DNA of 63,247 nt from Kiritimatiellia bacterium (GCA_017563185.1 JAFXIL010000152.1:1-63247); one strand, 5' to 3'; shown: positions 8,301 to 16,902, counted from the first letter of the stretch. The notes: generated by a model not told the origin, from the letters alone. Program-made: numbers and translations.

Positions 8301-11300
8301 TCGTGAGCGCGCCAGAACCATCGGGGCCTTCGCCCTCGATCACGAACGTCTTGCCGCTCGTGATGTTGGCGCGTGTGCGGTTGTTTCCGCTCGCCGTCTC
8401 AATGTGGTTGAAGTCGAACTGGCCGCCGTTCTTTACGGTGATCGTTCCGTTGACCCTGCCTGCCGCGCCCTGCGCCGCGCTGTCGCCGAGCTTAACGGTG
8501 CCGCCGCGGATCTCGATGTCGGGAGTTTCGGAAAGAACGGCCGCCTCGAGAGTGAGCGTGCCGGATCCGCTCTTCACGAGCTTGGAGGAGTTTATCGCGC
8601 CCGTGCCGGCGAGTGTGTAGTCTGCCGAAGCGTCAACCATGACGTCGCGCGCAGAGACCACTTCGGGGAGCTGCACGGTCGCCACTTTCGTCGCCTCGTT
8701 TCCGTCGAAGAGCGCGGTCCACGCCGGATTGAACGCCACTGCCGGGCCCTCGCCGTTCTTCTGCCACGCGATGGACGTCCACACGTCGCCCGCGGCCTGC
8801 GGACGCCACACGCCCGCGTTCAGCTCCAGCGGGTCGCTCGCGCCCGTCGCCCCGCTCACGTTCGCGCTGTTCACGCTCGTGAAGCGGAAGTACCACGTCT
8901 CTCCCGCAGTCAGGCCCGTGGCGGTTGCCGTCACCTCTCCAGGCTCCGTAACCTCGCCAACGGCCGCAGAGCCCGCCACCGTCGCGAACGTCGGATCGGT
9001 GGACCATTCGAGCGTGAGCGTGGCCGAGGTCGCGCCCTCGCCGAAGTTCACCACCTCGCCCGTCACCGTGGCGTTGTTCCCGTCGGCGGAGATGCCGTCG
9101 ATCAGCACGAACGCCGCGTCCGCAGCTGCGTCCGCCGCAGTCCATATCTCGATCCTGGCCACCTCGTACGCGAGCGACGTGTTTCTCTCGCGCGTGTTCG
9201 CGTCGCCCATCCACGTCTGGTCGATGGCCTTGCCGTTGTGCGAGAAGTTGCCGATGCCGATCTCGTAGCAGTCCGTGCTGGTCCAGCGGTTGAAGGCGAA
9301 CATCACCTGTGCGGGATTCGCCTCGCCGGGCGTGAAGCGGTGCACCTGCATAGAGCCGTAGCCAGTCATGTTGTTGGAGCGTATGTCGTTCCAGTCGCAC
9401 CTGAACGTGTTGGCGGGGGCATCGGAAAGTCCGCTCGCGTCGACATTGTACTGGCCCGGCCAGAACTCGACCCATCCGCGCACGCCGCTCTCGGTCGCGG
9501 AGGTCGCTTCGATTCCGGGCATGTTGGTCTTCACGCGCAGGCGGTTGACAACGCACTGGTTGATCGTCGTGAGCGGGATGCCCACATCGTCGAGCGTGCG
9601 GCTGCCGAAGGCGTCCATCGACACCCAAATCCAGCGGGTGAGGTCATGGTAGTCGTCAAGAGCCGTGTCCTTGCGCCTGAGTTCTATGTAGTAGCCGACG
9701 CGCGTGAGGTTGATGGTCGGCGCGGCGGGGTCCACGAACGCGTACGGCACTTCTGCAGTCGAGGCGAGCGTGGTGCCGCCGTTCGCCGCGATGTCGAAGA
9801 CGCGGGCGCGCGTCATGCCCGCGAGGTACTCGGCGGGAACGTTGTTCTCGATGCCGCTCGTGGTGGGAACGTCAGTGTCGGCGGCGCCGGGCTGGAAGCC
9901 GGAATCGTCCGCAAGAGCCGCCTCGATCGCAGCGCAGTAGGTGGCTGCCATCTTGTCCTCGCCCGGCCAGTCGGGATGGAGATTGTTGTTCGCGTAGAAG
10001 CTGCCGGTGATGTAGTTTCCGTCTGCGTCGTAGCGGTAGCACGGCGTGTAGAGGTCGGCGAAGTAGGCGCGCTTAGCCGGGAACATTCCGCCCTTGATCG
10101 CGTTCTTCATCGCCGTGTTGAAGGCGACCACCTTCGCATCCTTCGCCGCGTCGTACGCGATGTCCACAACCGCGCCTGCGATGAACTTCGCGTGCGGCTT
10201 CTGGCGCAGCGTCTTCCACACGAGGTTGGTCCACACGGGGAAGAGCTCCTCCGCGGTGGAGCCGTTGGAGTTGATGTCGTTCGTGCATATCTTCGCGAGC
10301 ACGAAGTCGACGTCGCCCGCGCAGTCCAGCATTGCCTCGATGGCGTCGATCGTGCCGCCGCCGCCCTTCGTGACGAGCCGCTGCCCGCTTATGCCGGAGT
10401 GCCACACCCACTCCTCGGGCATGACCGCGCCGCAGATGTCGTTGCTCTCAACCTTCCAGTGACCCTTGGCGACAGGCGCGTAGCCCGCCGCTGCAAGGCG
10501 CTTCATCAGGAACACGCGCCAGTTGCCGTAGGTGGAGTCGCTTCCCTGCGTGATGGAGTCGCCGGTGCAGAGCACGTTCACTCGCTTCGTCGGGGCGGCG
10601 TAGTCGAGGTCGAGCCAGAGGCGGCCGCCATGCTCGAGGTTCTCGGCCCACACCTTCACGTCAGCGCCGTCCGCGCTTGCGGTGTCGAAGAGCGCGTTGA
10701 GCGAGGCGGCGTCCATGTCGAGGCTGCCGTTGTCCCACGTCATCAGGAGGAAGCGCCCCTTCGTCGCGGAAGCGTAGTTCGGCGTGAGCGCGATCTTCGC
10801 GCCCGATGCGAAGATCGGCGGCGATACGAGGCGTATGGAGAACTTCACGGGATCGTACACGAGCTTGCCTGCCTGGCCCATGTCGAGCCCGGCGAAGTAG
10901 AAGCCGCCCACCTCAGGGAAGGTGGCCGTGCCGTCGACCATGAACGTGGTCGAAGAGAGGTTGACCGGATCCCAGCCAATGTACGCAAACGTCGGGTTCG
11001 CGTTCTCCGGAAGGAGGATGTTGGCGTTCGCGAGCGAAGTCGCCACGGTCTCGCCCTTCGCCCAGTTGCCGACGGTGGCGAACGTCGAGTCGGTCGCGCC
11101 CGTCCAGACGAATTTGGCCATGCTCTCGCGCGTGGGCGCCTCGGCGTACTTCACCCAGAAGTCAATGCGCACGAACGAGTACGCCGCGCCGGAGATGTTC
11201 GCCATGTCGGCGCTGCCGACCTTGTCCAGAAACGTCCAGTCGAGCGTCTTGTCGCCCTGGCCGAGGTTGCCGTAGTTGGCGAGCGTGCCCATGCCGATGG

Positions 11301-14300
11301 CGCAGGAGTCGGCGCCGCCCCAGCGGTTGTAGGCGAAGAGGATCTCCGCGGCCGGGAACGCGCCGGACTCCGAGAACTTGCGCATGATCTGGAAGCAGGC
11401 GAAGTTGCCTGACGTGCCGAACGTGTCGTTGAAGCCCAGCACATTGCCGCTCCAAGGCTCGCCGACCACGTCTCCGGCCCTGTCCGTTCCGGAGTAGTTG
11501 AGGCAGTTGAACTCGATGTAGCCGCTGACGCTGTCGTCGTTCGCGGGAACCTGCCGCACCCCGCCGAAGTTGCTCCACACATGGAGCTTCGTGACGGTCT
11601 GCTGCTTCTGCTGCGCCACCGTCACGGGAAGCGCCACGTCGGCCCAGGTGGAGCCAGGCGCATCCATGTCGATCCACATCGCCTGCAGCGCGCCCGTGTC
11701 TTTGCGCACGAGCTCGATGTAGTAGCCCGCCTTGACGATTCCCGTCTCCTGCATCGGCGGAGCGTATGCGTAGGGAATCGTGTAGAGGTTCTGAGCGTAG
11801 GCCGTCGTGTCCGTAGGCTCGATGGACCTCACGCGCGTGAAGCCCTCGAGGTACTCGGCGGGCACGTTGTTCTCGGCGCCGAGCGTCACTGTGGGACGCG
11901 TCCAGGTAGATGGATTGATCTTCCCGTCCGCCGTCGCGAGCGTCACGAGCTTCGCCTTGATCGCGGCGGCGACGGCGTCGCACTCCTCGGGCGTCTGCGC
12001 CGTTGTGATCGCCGACGCCACGTCGGCGCACTCGACGTCCGCCTCCGCTGCGCACCACGCCGCGATGTCCGCGTTGAGCTGCTGCGATCCGCCGGGAATC
12101 GTGCAGGCGATGACGGTGGTCATGGGAAGCGCCGCCTTGATGCGCGTGACGGCCGCCTTGTAGTTCGCGAGGATCGTCGCGTCCGCCACCCCGTCTGCCG
12201 CATCCCTGTCGCCGCACAGGAGCACCGTGAAGTCGGGCTCGTTCGCCGCGGCGCAGTACGTTTCGAGGCCTTCGAGCAGGCCTGCGCGCGTGGCGGAAGT
12301 CTTTAGCGCGAGGTCAACCGCGCCCGCATGGCGCTTCCACGCCTCGTTGCCCGCGCAGAGCTGGCTTGCGTTCGCCGTGCGCCAGCCCGTCATCTGCACG
12401 TTCCATCCCTCCTGCAGAAGCGCCTCGCCGAGCGATGCGCGGTAGCAGTAGCCGTTCGCGCCGTACACGAACGAGCCGCCCACGTTCCATATCTTGATCG
12501 GATTGTGCGCGGAGCTGGAGGAGGCGAGCGTGTGCATCACCACGCGGTTCGCCTCGAACGTCACGTAGCTGTCGTACGGGCAGCCAGTGATGACAACGCC
12601 GCCTCCGTTCGCACGGTTGATCGAGCCCGCCGCGAGAAGCGTCACGTCCGTGCCCACCGCAGGCGCGGAGGCGCCTGCGTAGAGCTCCGTCAGGTCGAAC
12701 GTCACCACGGCCGCAATGTCGAGCGAACCCGTGAACGTGCCGAACGGCATCGGCTTCTCGTAAGTCGCCGCGCCGGCGATGCTGAGTTTGCTGTCTGCCG
12801 TGTGAAGAAGCGTGCCGCCTTCGTCTATCGTCATCTTGGTGACCTTGAACGGAGCGCTCGTGCAGAGGCGCATGTCGAGCGTGCCGCCGGCGTGGATCGT
12901 CACGGGAACCGCGGCGGCGGAGATCGCTATCTCGGGCTTGGGGGTGGAGGCGGTGGAGTCCATCACCACCGTGCCGCCGAATATCTCAACGCCGGAGTTC
13001 ATCTGCTGGTCGGTGTGGTTGTTTTTGATGTAGAACGTGCCCGCGCCGTACTTGAGAAGCTTCGCGCTCGTGCCGTTGACGGCGATGGGCGGATGGATCG
13101 TCACGTCCGTCGTCTCGTTGGAGACGACGACCTCGTTGGCGACGTATATCCACTTGACATAGCTTGGAACAAGAGCACCGTCAAGCAGCGTCAGTTCCTT
13201 AATGTATGTCCTGTTCTCCTGCTCTTCGATCTGGCCGCCGTTCAGCGCGGTGATGGACTTGAACGTGACCTTCTTCGAACCATCGTTCGGAATGCGGTAC
13301 GAGGCTCCCGTGCCGTCTACGATCACGTCCACATTGGGAAGGCTCATCTCCTTGTCTTTCTTGTATGGATAGAGGATGCCCTGCTTCAGGTAGATCGTTC
13401 CGGGCGACGAGCTGTTTGCCGATGCAAGCCAAAAACCCTTGTTGGAAGGGATGTCGATCGTGAGCGTGTAGCCGTTCAAGTCGAAGCACGTCGGCGTGTT
13501 GTAGCTGCTGTTGATCTGGCCGAAGTTGGCCGTGCCGCCAACCGTGGCGTTCGCCGAAAGCCTAAGCCCCTTCATCTGCGCCGAGCCTGCCGTCACGTCA
13601 GCGCCCGTATTGCGCAGGGCACCTTTGCCGTCCGGGCCCGTTCCGGCGATGTCGTAGATCGGCACGTTTCCGTTGCCGCTTCCGTTCATGTCGAACGCGG
13701 CGCCGTCCAGCACCTTCACCGTAATGCCGTTCGCGATGACCGACTGCGCCCCGTACTTCATGATGCCCGCTTCGACCGTGACGCCGCTGAGATCCGGCAT
13801 CGGGCTTGCGATGACGAGCGTGCCAGGACCGTCCTTGACAAGCCCCCCGGAGAAAACGAGCTTGTCAGACGAGGCCAAGGTGAGCGTCTTGCTTTCCGCA
13901 ACGCTCAGCCGGACGCTTCCCGTTCCGTCGAAGATGACGCCCTTGGAGGAGAACGCAACGTAGTCGGCGATGTGCAGCTCGTATCCGTTGAGATTGACGG
14001 TCGCGCCCGCGAGGAGGCGGCCCTCGATGGCTGACCAATCGGTGTCTGTGCCGAGCGTGATTCGCTCAAGCGTCGCCGCAGGCGTGGCGGGTTCGGTCAT
14101 CGCGACCACCCAGCCCTGGCGCGCGGCGGCCGCGCCCTTGGTGAAGTCCGTGCCAGACGGGTTCTCGAACACCGTGCCGCTCACGCGGTCGAAGAGGGCG
14201 CCCTTCCCTGCCGCGGTCTGCACCGGCACGAGGTCGCGCACCACCATTCCGCCGTCCGTCACGGTCATGGAGTCGAAGCGGAACTTCGCGGGATACCCGC

Positions 14301-15840
14301 AGCCGTACGACGCGAACACGCAGAGTTCGGAGTAGGGATACGACTGCAGGTTCTCGGTTATGACGGACGTTGCCGCTCCGTTGTCGAGCACGCATTTGCC
14401 GTTCGCCATGATGCGGCATCTGTAGTCGGTGTTCGCAGCAGGCACGATGCCGTCGAAGATCTTGCCGGATCCGTGGAAGCGGAAGGAGTCGTACTGCATG
14501 TTGAAGAGGTAGCAGTTGCCGGTCCATCCCTGCCCGAAGAACGTCTTCTGGTGCTCGTAGGTCACGTCGCCGCAGCGGAAGTCTACGGCCGTCTCAGCGC
14601 CAGGCACGTAGTCCAGGCGCACCGTCTGCGCGCCGGTGGAGGTGATGGAGGCGATTTCCGAGGCGTAGGGAAGATCGTCCGTCTTCACGAGGAAGAAGCG
14701 GTAGAACACGCCGTCCGTCTTGAGAGCGGCGGGAAGCGTGTACTCGTACGTCGTCGCGTCGGCGGCGATCGTGGCGATCTCCTCGAAGTTGTCCCAGGCG
14801 TTCTTGCGGCTCCCGCAGTCCGCAGCGCCGTAGCCGACGTAGAGCTTGTAGGCGGCGCCGTCTGGGTTGGAGAAGGCGAGCGAAACGGCATCTGCCGTTG
14901 CAGAGGCGATGGAGACGGCGCGGCGGAAGCGGACCGCGGGCGTCGTGCCGGTGACGCGTCCGAAGCGGTCCGCCGGACGCTCCTCGCCGGCGACGAACGG
15001 CGTCGTCATCTGGTTTTTGTAGAAGACGTTGTTCACCTGGTCGTAGAGGCCGATGTCGCCATCCGCGTTGACCGCGGGTATGAAGTCGCGCACCTTCGTG
15101 ACGCCCGAGCCGATCTTCATGCTGTAGAACGTCCAGGAGCCGCGATGGTTGCCGCCCGTGTCTCCGAAGATTCCGAACACGTTGCCAGACACTGACCGGT
15201 TGACCGACTTGCGCGTCTCCGAGCCGCCGCCCGTGATCGTGAGCATGCTTGCAGGGTCGATCACAAGCCGGTAGTCAGTGTTCGCCTGCGGCGTGCTGAC
15301 CGTCTGGGGAGAGGCGCCGTAGAACCTGAACTTGGTGCCGCTGTCGTTCTGCAGGATGAACAGATACTGGTTGCCGCCCCAGCTCTGGCCGAAGAAGGTC
15401 GTGTCGTTGGGCAGGGAGGCGCCGGTTCTGAAGCGGAAGTCCATGCTCCAGTTGTTCGCCGCGGCAGTGCCGGTGTTGATCCACTGCGCGCCGGTGGAGG
15501 TGATGGACGTGAGCTCCTTCGCCATGTCGACGCCGAACTTCTGCACGAGGAAGAAGCGCATGGGGCGTCCGTCGCGAAGAGCGGACGGAACTTCGTACGT
15601 GTAGGAGGTCTGGCCGAAGGCGATGTCGGCGACCTTCTCGAACGAGTCCCATGCGTACTTGTCCTCGCCGCCGTCAGTCGTGCCGTGCGCGATGTACAGC
15701 TCCTGTTCGAGGTTGTCGTTTATCGCGAGCGTGACGGACGTCTCCGTCTGCTCCGCCACGCACACCGTGCCGGCATGCGCTCCAAACGCAACACCCAAAC
15801 CCGCAGCAATGGCGATTGCGGCCTTCACTCCTGTTTTCAT
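5347..15840 (-). CDS. giant secreted multidomain surface protein (3497 aa)
   Basis: Start chosen at ATG 15840 (AGGAGA 6 nt upstream, signal peptide MKTGVKAAIAIAAGLGVAFGAHA); ATG 15846 and 15855 are alternatives. The track ORF extension to 16344 overlaps the upstream HAD gene. Domain order: duplicated N-terminal module, PATR beta-helix repeats, 2x SGNH-like domain each followed by an unknown module, an Fn3-like domain, and 2x PA14. Motifs seen: PATR repeats (LVKDGPGTLV..., LVKSGSGTLTLE...), GDSITQG/TNDI/LHP (SGNH) and PA14-like blocks (GFNYFGEFYVSAEQAGTWYF; FDGYFKVEPGQEGFWTF). Confidence 0.9.
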   Translation of the reverse strand: MKTGVKAAIAIAAGLGVAFGAHAGTVCVAEQTETSVTLAINDNLEQELYIAHGTTDGGEDKYAWDSFEKVADIAFGQTSYTYEVPSALRDGRPMRFFLVQKFGVDMAKELTSITSTGAQWINTGTAAANNWSMDFRFRTGASLPNDTTFFGQSWGGNQYLFILQNDSGTKFRFYGASPQTVSTPQANTDYRLVIDPASMLTITGGGSETRKSVNRSVSGNVFGIFGDTGGNHRGSWTFYSMKIGSGVTKVRDFIPAVNADGDIGLYDQVNNVFYKNQMTTPFVAGEERPADRFGRVTGTTPAVRFRRAVSIASATADAVSLAFSNPDGAAYKLYVGYGAADCGSRKNAWDNFEEIATIAADATTYEYTLPAALKTDGVFYRFFLVKTDDLPYASEIASITSTGAQTVRLDYVPGAETAVDFRCGDVTYEHQKTFFGQGWTGNCYLFNMQYDSFRFHGSGKIFDGIVPAANTDYRCRIMANGKCVLDNGAATSVITENLQSYPYSELCVFASYGCGYPAKFRFDSMTVTDGGMVVRDLVPVQTAAGKGALFDRVSGTVFENPSGTDFTKGAAAARQGWVVAMTEPATPAATLERITLGTDTDWSAIEGRLLAGATVNLNGYELHIADYVAFSSKGVIFDGTGSVRLSVAESKTLTLASSDKLVFSGGLVKDGPGTLVIASPMPDLSGVTVEAGIMKYGAQSVIANGITVKVLDGAAFDMNGSGNGNVPIYDIAGTGPDGKGALRNTGADVTAGSAQMKGLRLSANATVGGTANFGQINSSYNTPTCFDLNGYTLTIDIPSNKGFWLASANSSSPGTIYLKQGILYPYKKDKEMSLPNVDVIVDGTGASYRIPNDGSKKVTFKSITALNGGQIEEQENRTYIKELTLLDGALVPSYVKWIYVANEVVVSNETTDVTIHPPIAVNGTSAKLLKYGAGTFYIKNNHTDQQMNSGVEIFGGTVVMDSTASTPKPEIAISAAAVPVTIHAGGTLDMRLCTSAPFKVTKMTIDEGGTLLHTADSKLSIAGAATYEKPMPFGTFTGSLDIAAVVTFDLTELYAGASAPAVGTDVTLLAAGSINRANGGGVVITGCPYDSYVTFEANRVVMHTLASSSSAHNPIKIWNVGGSFVYGANGYCYRASLGEALLQEGWNVQMTGWRTANASQLCAGNEAWKRHAGAVDLALKTSATRAGLLEGLETYCAAANEPDFTVLLCGDRDAADGVADATILANYKAAVTRIKAALPMTTVIACTIPGGSQQLNADIAAWCAAEADVECADVASAITTAQTPEECDAVAAAIKAKLVTLATADGKINPSTWTRPTVTLGAENNVPAEYLEGFTRVRSIEPTDTTAYAQNLYTIPYAYAPPMQETGIVKAGYYIELVRKDTGALQAMWIDMDAPGSTWADVALPVTVAQQKQQTVTKLHVWSNFGGVRQVPANDDSVSGYIEFNCLNYSGTDRAGDVVGEPWSGNVLGFNDTFGTSGNFACFQIMRKFSESGAFPAAEILFAYNRWGGADSCAIGMGTLANYGNLGQGDKTLDWTFLDKVGSADMANISGAAYSFVRIDFWVKYAEAPTRESMAKFVWTGATDSTFATVGNWAKGETVATSLANANILLPENANPTFAYIGWDPVNLSSTTFMVDGTATFPEVGGFYFAGLDMGQAGKLVYDPVKFSIRLVSPPIFASGAKIALTPNYASATKGRFLLMTWDNGSLDMDAASLNALFDTASADGADVKVWAENLEHGGRLWLDLDYAAPTKRVNVLCTGDSITQGSDSTYGNWRVFLMKRLAAAGYAPVAKGHWKVESNDICGAVMPEEWVWHSGISGQRLVTKGGGGTIDAIEAMLDCAGDVDFVLAKICTNDINSNGSTAEELFPVWTNLVWKTLRQKPHAKFIAGAVVDIAYDAAKDAKVVAFNTAMKNAIKGGMFPAKRAYFADLYTPCYRYDADGNYITGSFYANNNLHPDWPGEDKMAATYCAAIEAALADDSGFQPGAADTDVPTTSGIENNVPAEYLAGMTRARVFDIAANGGTTLASTAEVPYAFVDPAAPTINLTRVGYYIELRRKDTALDDYHDLTRWIWVSMDAFGSRTLDDVGIPLTTINQCVVNRLRVKTNMPGIEATSATESGVRGWVEFWPGQYNVDASGLSDAPANTFRCDWNDIRSNNMTGYGSMQVHRFTPGEANPAQVMFAFNRWTSTDCYEIGIGNFSHNGKAIDQTWMGDANTRERNTSLAYEVARIEIWTAADAAADAAFVLIDGISADGNNATVTGEVVNFGEGATSATLTLEWSTDPTFATVAGSAAVGEVTEPGEVTATATGLTAGETWYFRFTSVNSANVSGATGASDPLELNAGVWRPQAAGDVWTSIAWQKNGEGPAVAFNPAWTALFDGNEATKVATVQLPEVVSARDVMVDASADYTLAGTGAINSSKLVKSGSGTLTLEAAVLSETPDIEIRGGTVKLGDSAAQGAAGRVNGTITVKNGGQFDFNHIETASGNNRTRANITSGKTFVIEGEGPDGSGALTTTAQNEYWGSPINEVIMTGDATIGGVSRIDIRGNSKNSITGPADATLTIKNSAANRTRGLNVHGPISVGKMVIAEEGCYCPEGGSFTLNIPNGIELHGAFSMWAATGAWNVGGMVAVGDRAYIGNDSGTGYIRTPLTVSEGATLTMGGGHTTYYMETVTNRGEITVANGNHYIYGSLVNEGNPVIRTGRAMYIYPPLVQGDSRLVISGGQTYTSGSSDWGDYALDISLTGGGSFVFGTNNDGYGMPKFGKDKVTITAASGHTGTVFFHPAISASIDGLACSGTISKFFMQGPGSSAKDRGPIIDGQANNLVFSANNLEIGNGNGRGDWTVTGADTHIAVKGLYANWIGSDYYAGSLTFRDGLLEIGSDGIKEAFTTPERTAFNMENGTLRASDNFNIGKAGMRATFGSPAKGGKVTFDLNGKTVKWGTGLMGASDVTLTGAGTFTLDRPGIQGIPLGKWTIDATGATDLRNAAGFAGGLSLAENATATLDIAGESMVEFLAWTWSGNAWNVMQPKYLEDVVITPFVATSLTYLNRKASALSDVKYGNGSGFNYFGEFYVSAEQAGTWYFSHSGVVHNGLQIDDTELDRAGKNTTTEKTISLTEGWHKFMISIYCDAANQTIGPRNNGTESYTFKAPGDSAYRPFDTTTLPMRMRQHLGARTSVRWRKFINPASNLGIYDKIDESKYVAMDTVTNSLQIMHVKYSSGTNAPLGGACTRFDGYFKVEPGQEGFWTFQGNFDDQISLDVDGRRLFKVTANCGTASGSMSLRAGWHKFDIRIGDNSSTTSGGTGGGLTDADGNVCALKFKVNGGAYHAFDERYLPIAYTPGDAQKFEKPGLGGVTELAAGSTLVNAPREGGWCPVYGTLKGAGTLSGPFRFTGEDNCWEVAGNSSLVKLNGAVTFDNADANALAGLKSVKATFNRKPGRSEYEISDALGITSETVAGIGLAVTDEKGNDYSEDFALMVKGGKLKLVNSNPGGMIILFR

Positions 15841-15872
15841 GCTCATTCTCCTCATTTTAAAATGAATCGTGG

Positions 15873-15910
15873 AAAAAAAGAAGGCGTAGCCCAGATGCCA
15901 ACCATCTGGG
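15873..15910 (-). other. 8-bp hairpin plus U7 tract in the giant-gene leader (5' stabiliser or terminator of the upstream HAD gene)
   Basis: Minus-strand RNA reads CCCAGAUG-GUUGG-CAUCUGGG, then CUACGCCUUC, then UUUUUUU. The hairpin starts about 1-2 nt after the predicted TSS. Confidence 0.4.
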
Positions 15911-15918
15911 GCGACTAT

Positions 15919-15948
15919 ATGATAGCATAAGTTACGCCCCTTCTGCAA
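15919..15948 (-). promoter_or_regulatory. candidate promoter of the giant gene
   Basis: TTGCAG (15948-15943), 18-nt spacer ending in TGC, TATCAT (15924-15919). Confidence 0.4.
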
Positions 15949-15968
15949 GCATGAGGAATTTGCAAATT

Positions 15969-16814
15969 TCAATGCACCTTGTCGAAGGTCTCGACCACTA
16001 TGGCGGGCGGCGTGCCCTTGTAGGCCGCAAGATCTTCGAGCGTGGTCTCGCCGGAGAGCACGCACACAAAGTCGACGCCCGCATTGTCGGCGATGGCCTT
16101 GTCGGTGTAGAGCCTGTCGCCAACGACGGCTATCTCCTCCGGGGCGAATTCTGCGAGCACGGGCGCGAGCAGAGTGGGGCTGGGCTTTCCGAAGACGTGG
16201 CTGGGCTTCATGCCGTTGGTGATCTCGAGAAACTTCATCATCCCGCCGATGTCCGGTATCGGGCCGCGCTCGCTTGGGCAGCAGTTGTCGGGATGCGTGG
16301 CCACGAAGTCCACGGGCGTCTGGTTCCTCGTGCGTACGGGGCACATCGGGCTCGGCGGGCAGTTGCGCATGTTCCAGAGCGACGTCGCGTCCGCGAGCTT
16401 CGCGTACGTGAGCTCCTTGTCGTACGTGAGGGCGATGAGCTCGTTGCGCTCGGGATCGTAGTCGAGCGACACTCCGGCGTCCTCCAGCCGCGCCGCCATG
16501 TGAGCCTTCACCTTCTCGCTTGCGATGAGATACACCGACTTGTACCCCTTCTCGCGTATGTACGCCTCGAGCGTGATGAGCGGCGTGAGTATCTGCTCTG
16601 GCGTCACGGGAATCGCCGCGCCCGCGATCTTCTTCATGTACTCCTCAGGACACTTCGAGGTGTTGTTCGTGAGGTAGAAGTACCTGAACCTTCCGCTATT
16701 CGTGCTGTCGATGACGAACTTCACCGCGCTCTCGATGGGGTTCGGGCCCATGAAGAGCGTGCCGTCGAGGTCGCACACAAACGCCTTCTTCTTCGTCAGA
16801 TCAAACTTGCTCAT
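15969..16814 (-). CDS. HAD-IIA family hydrolase (NagD-like sugar phosphatase)
   Basis: 281 aa from ATG 16814 (MSKFDLTKKKAFVCDLDGTLF). Motifs DLDGTL, YLTNNTSK, GKPSP and GDRLYTD. The track start at 16895 lies upstream of the predicted promoter. Confidence 0.8.
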   Translation of the reverse strand: MSKFDLTKKKAFVCDLDGTLFMGPNPIESAVKFVIDSTNSGRFRYFYLTNNTSKCPEEYMKKIAGAAIPVTPEQILTPLITLEAYIREKGYKSVYLIASEKVKAHMAARLEDAGVSLDYDPERNELIALTYDKELTYAKLADATSLWNMRNCPPSPMCPVRTRNQTPVDFVATHPDNCCPSERGPIPDIGGMMKFLEITNGMKPSHVFGKPSPTLLAPVLAEFAPEEIAVVGDRLYTDKAIADNAGVDFVCVLSGETTLEDLAAYKGTPPAIVVETFDKVH

Positions 16815-16851
16815 CGGCTTCTTGTCCTTTTCGATGCTAGGGAACACGCAC

Positions 16852-16860
16852 ATTATACCA
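16852..16860 (-). promoter_or_regulatory. extended -10 promoter (HAD-IIA gene)
   Basis: TGGTATAAT on the minus strand, 38 nt upstream of ATG 16814. Confidence 0.5.
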
Positions 16861-16879
16861 AAAAAAACGCGTTCCGGCA

Positions 16880-16902
16880 CCGCGCCGTTTGACACGGCGC
16901 GG
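16880..16902. promoter_or_regulatory. perfect 8-bp inverted repeat flanking the -35 box (operator-like)
   Basis: CCGCGCCG-TTTGACA-CGGCGCGG. The 7-nt centre contains the TTGACA -35 hexamer. It lies between divergent promoters. Confidence 0.5.

Noticed and set aside
6334-11412. 1692-aa plus-strand ORF, together with many other long plus-strand ORFs (e.g. 3492-5198, 12328-14034, 24930-27581, 50321-52156, 55409-57049), lying antisense to large minus-strand genes.
   Set aside because: The translations are Arg/Ala/Gly/His-rich low-complexity sequence with no motifs. They mirror the real genes in a GC-rich genome, where antisense frames lack stop codons. The minus-strand products have clear family signatures.
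15841-16344. N-terminal 168-residue extension of the giant ORF (MPRTHEEPDARGLRG...).
   Set aside because: It overlaps the well-supported HAD-IIA gene in another frame and is Arg-rich nonsense. A proper SD plus signal peptide occurs at ATG 15840.
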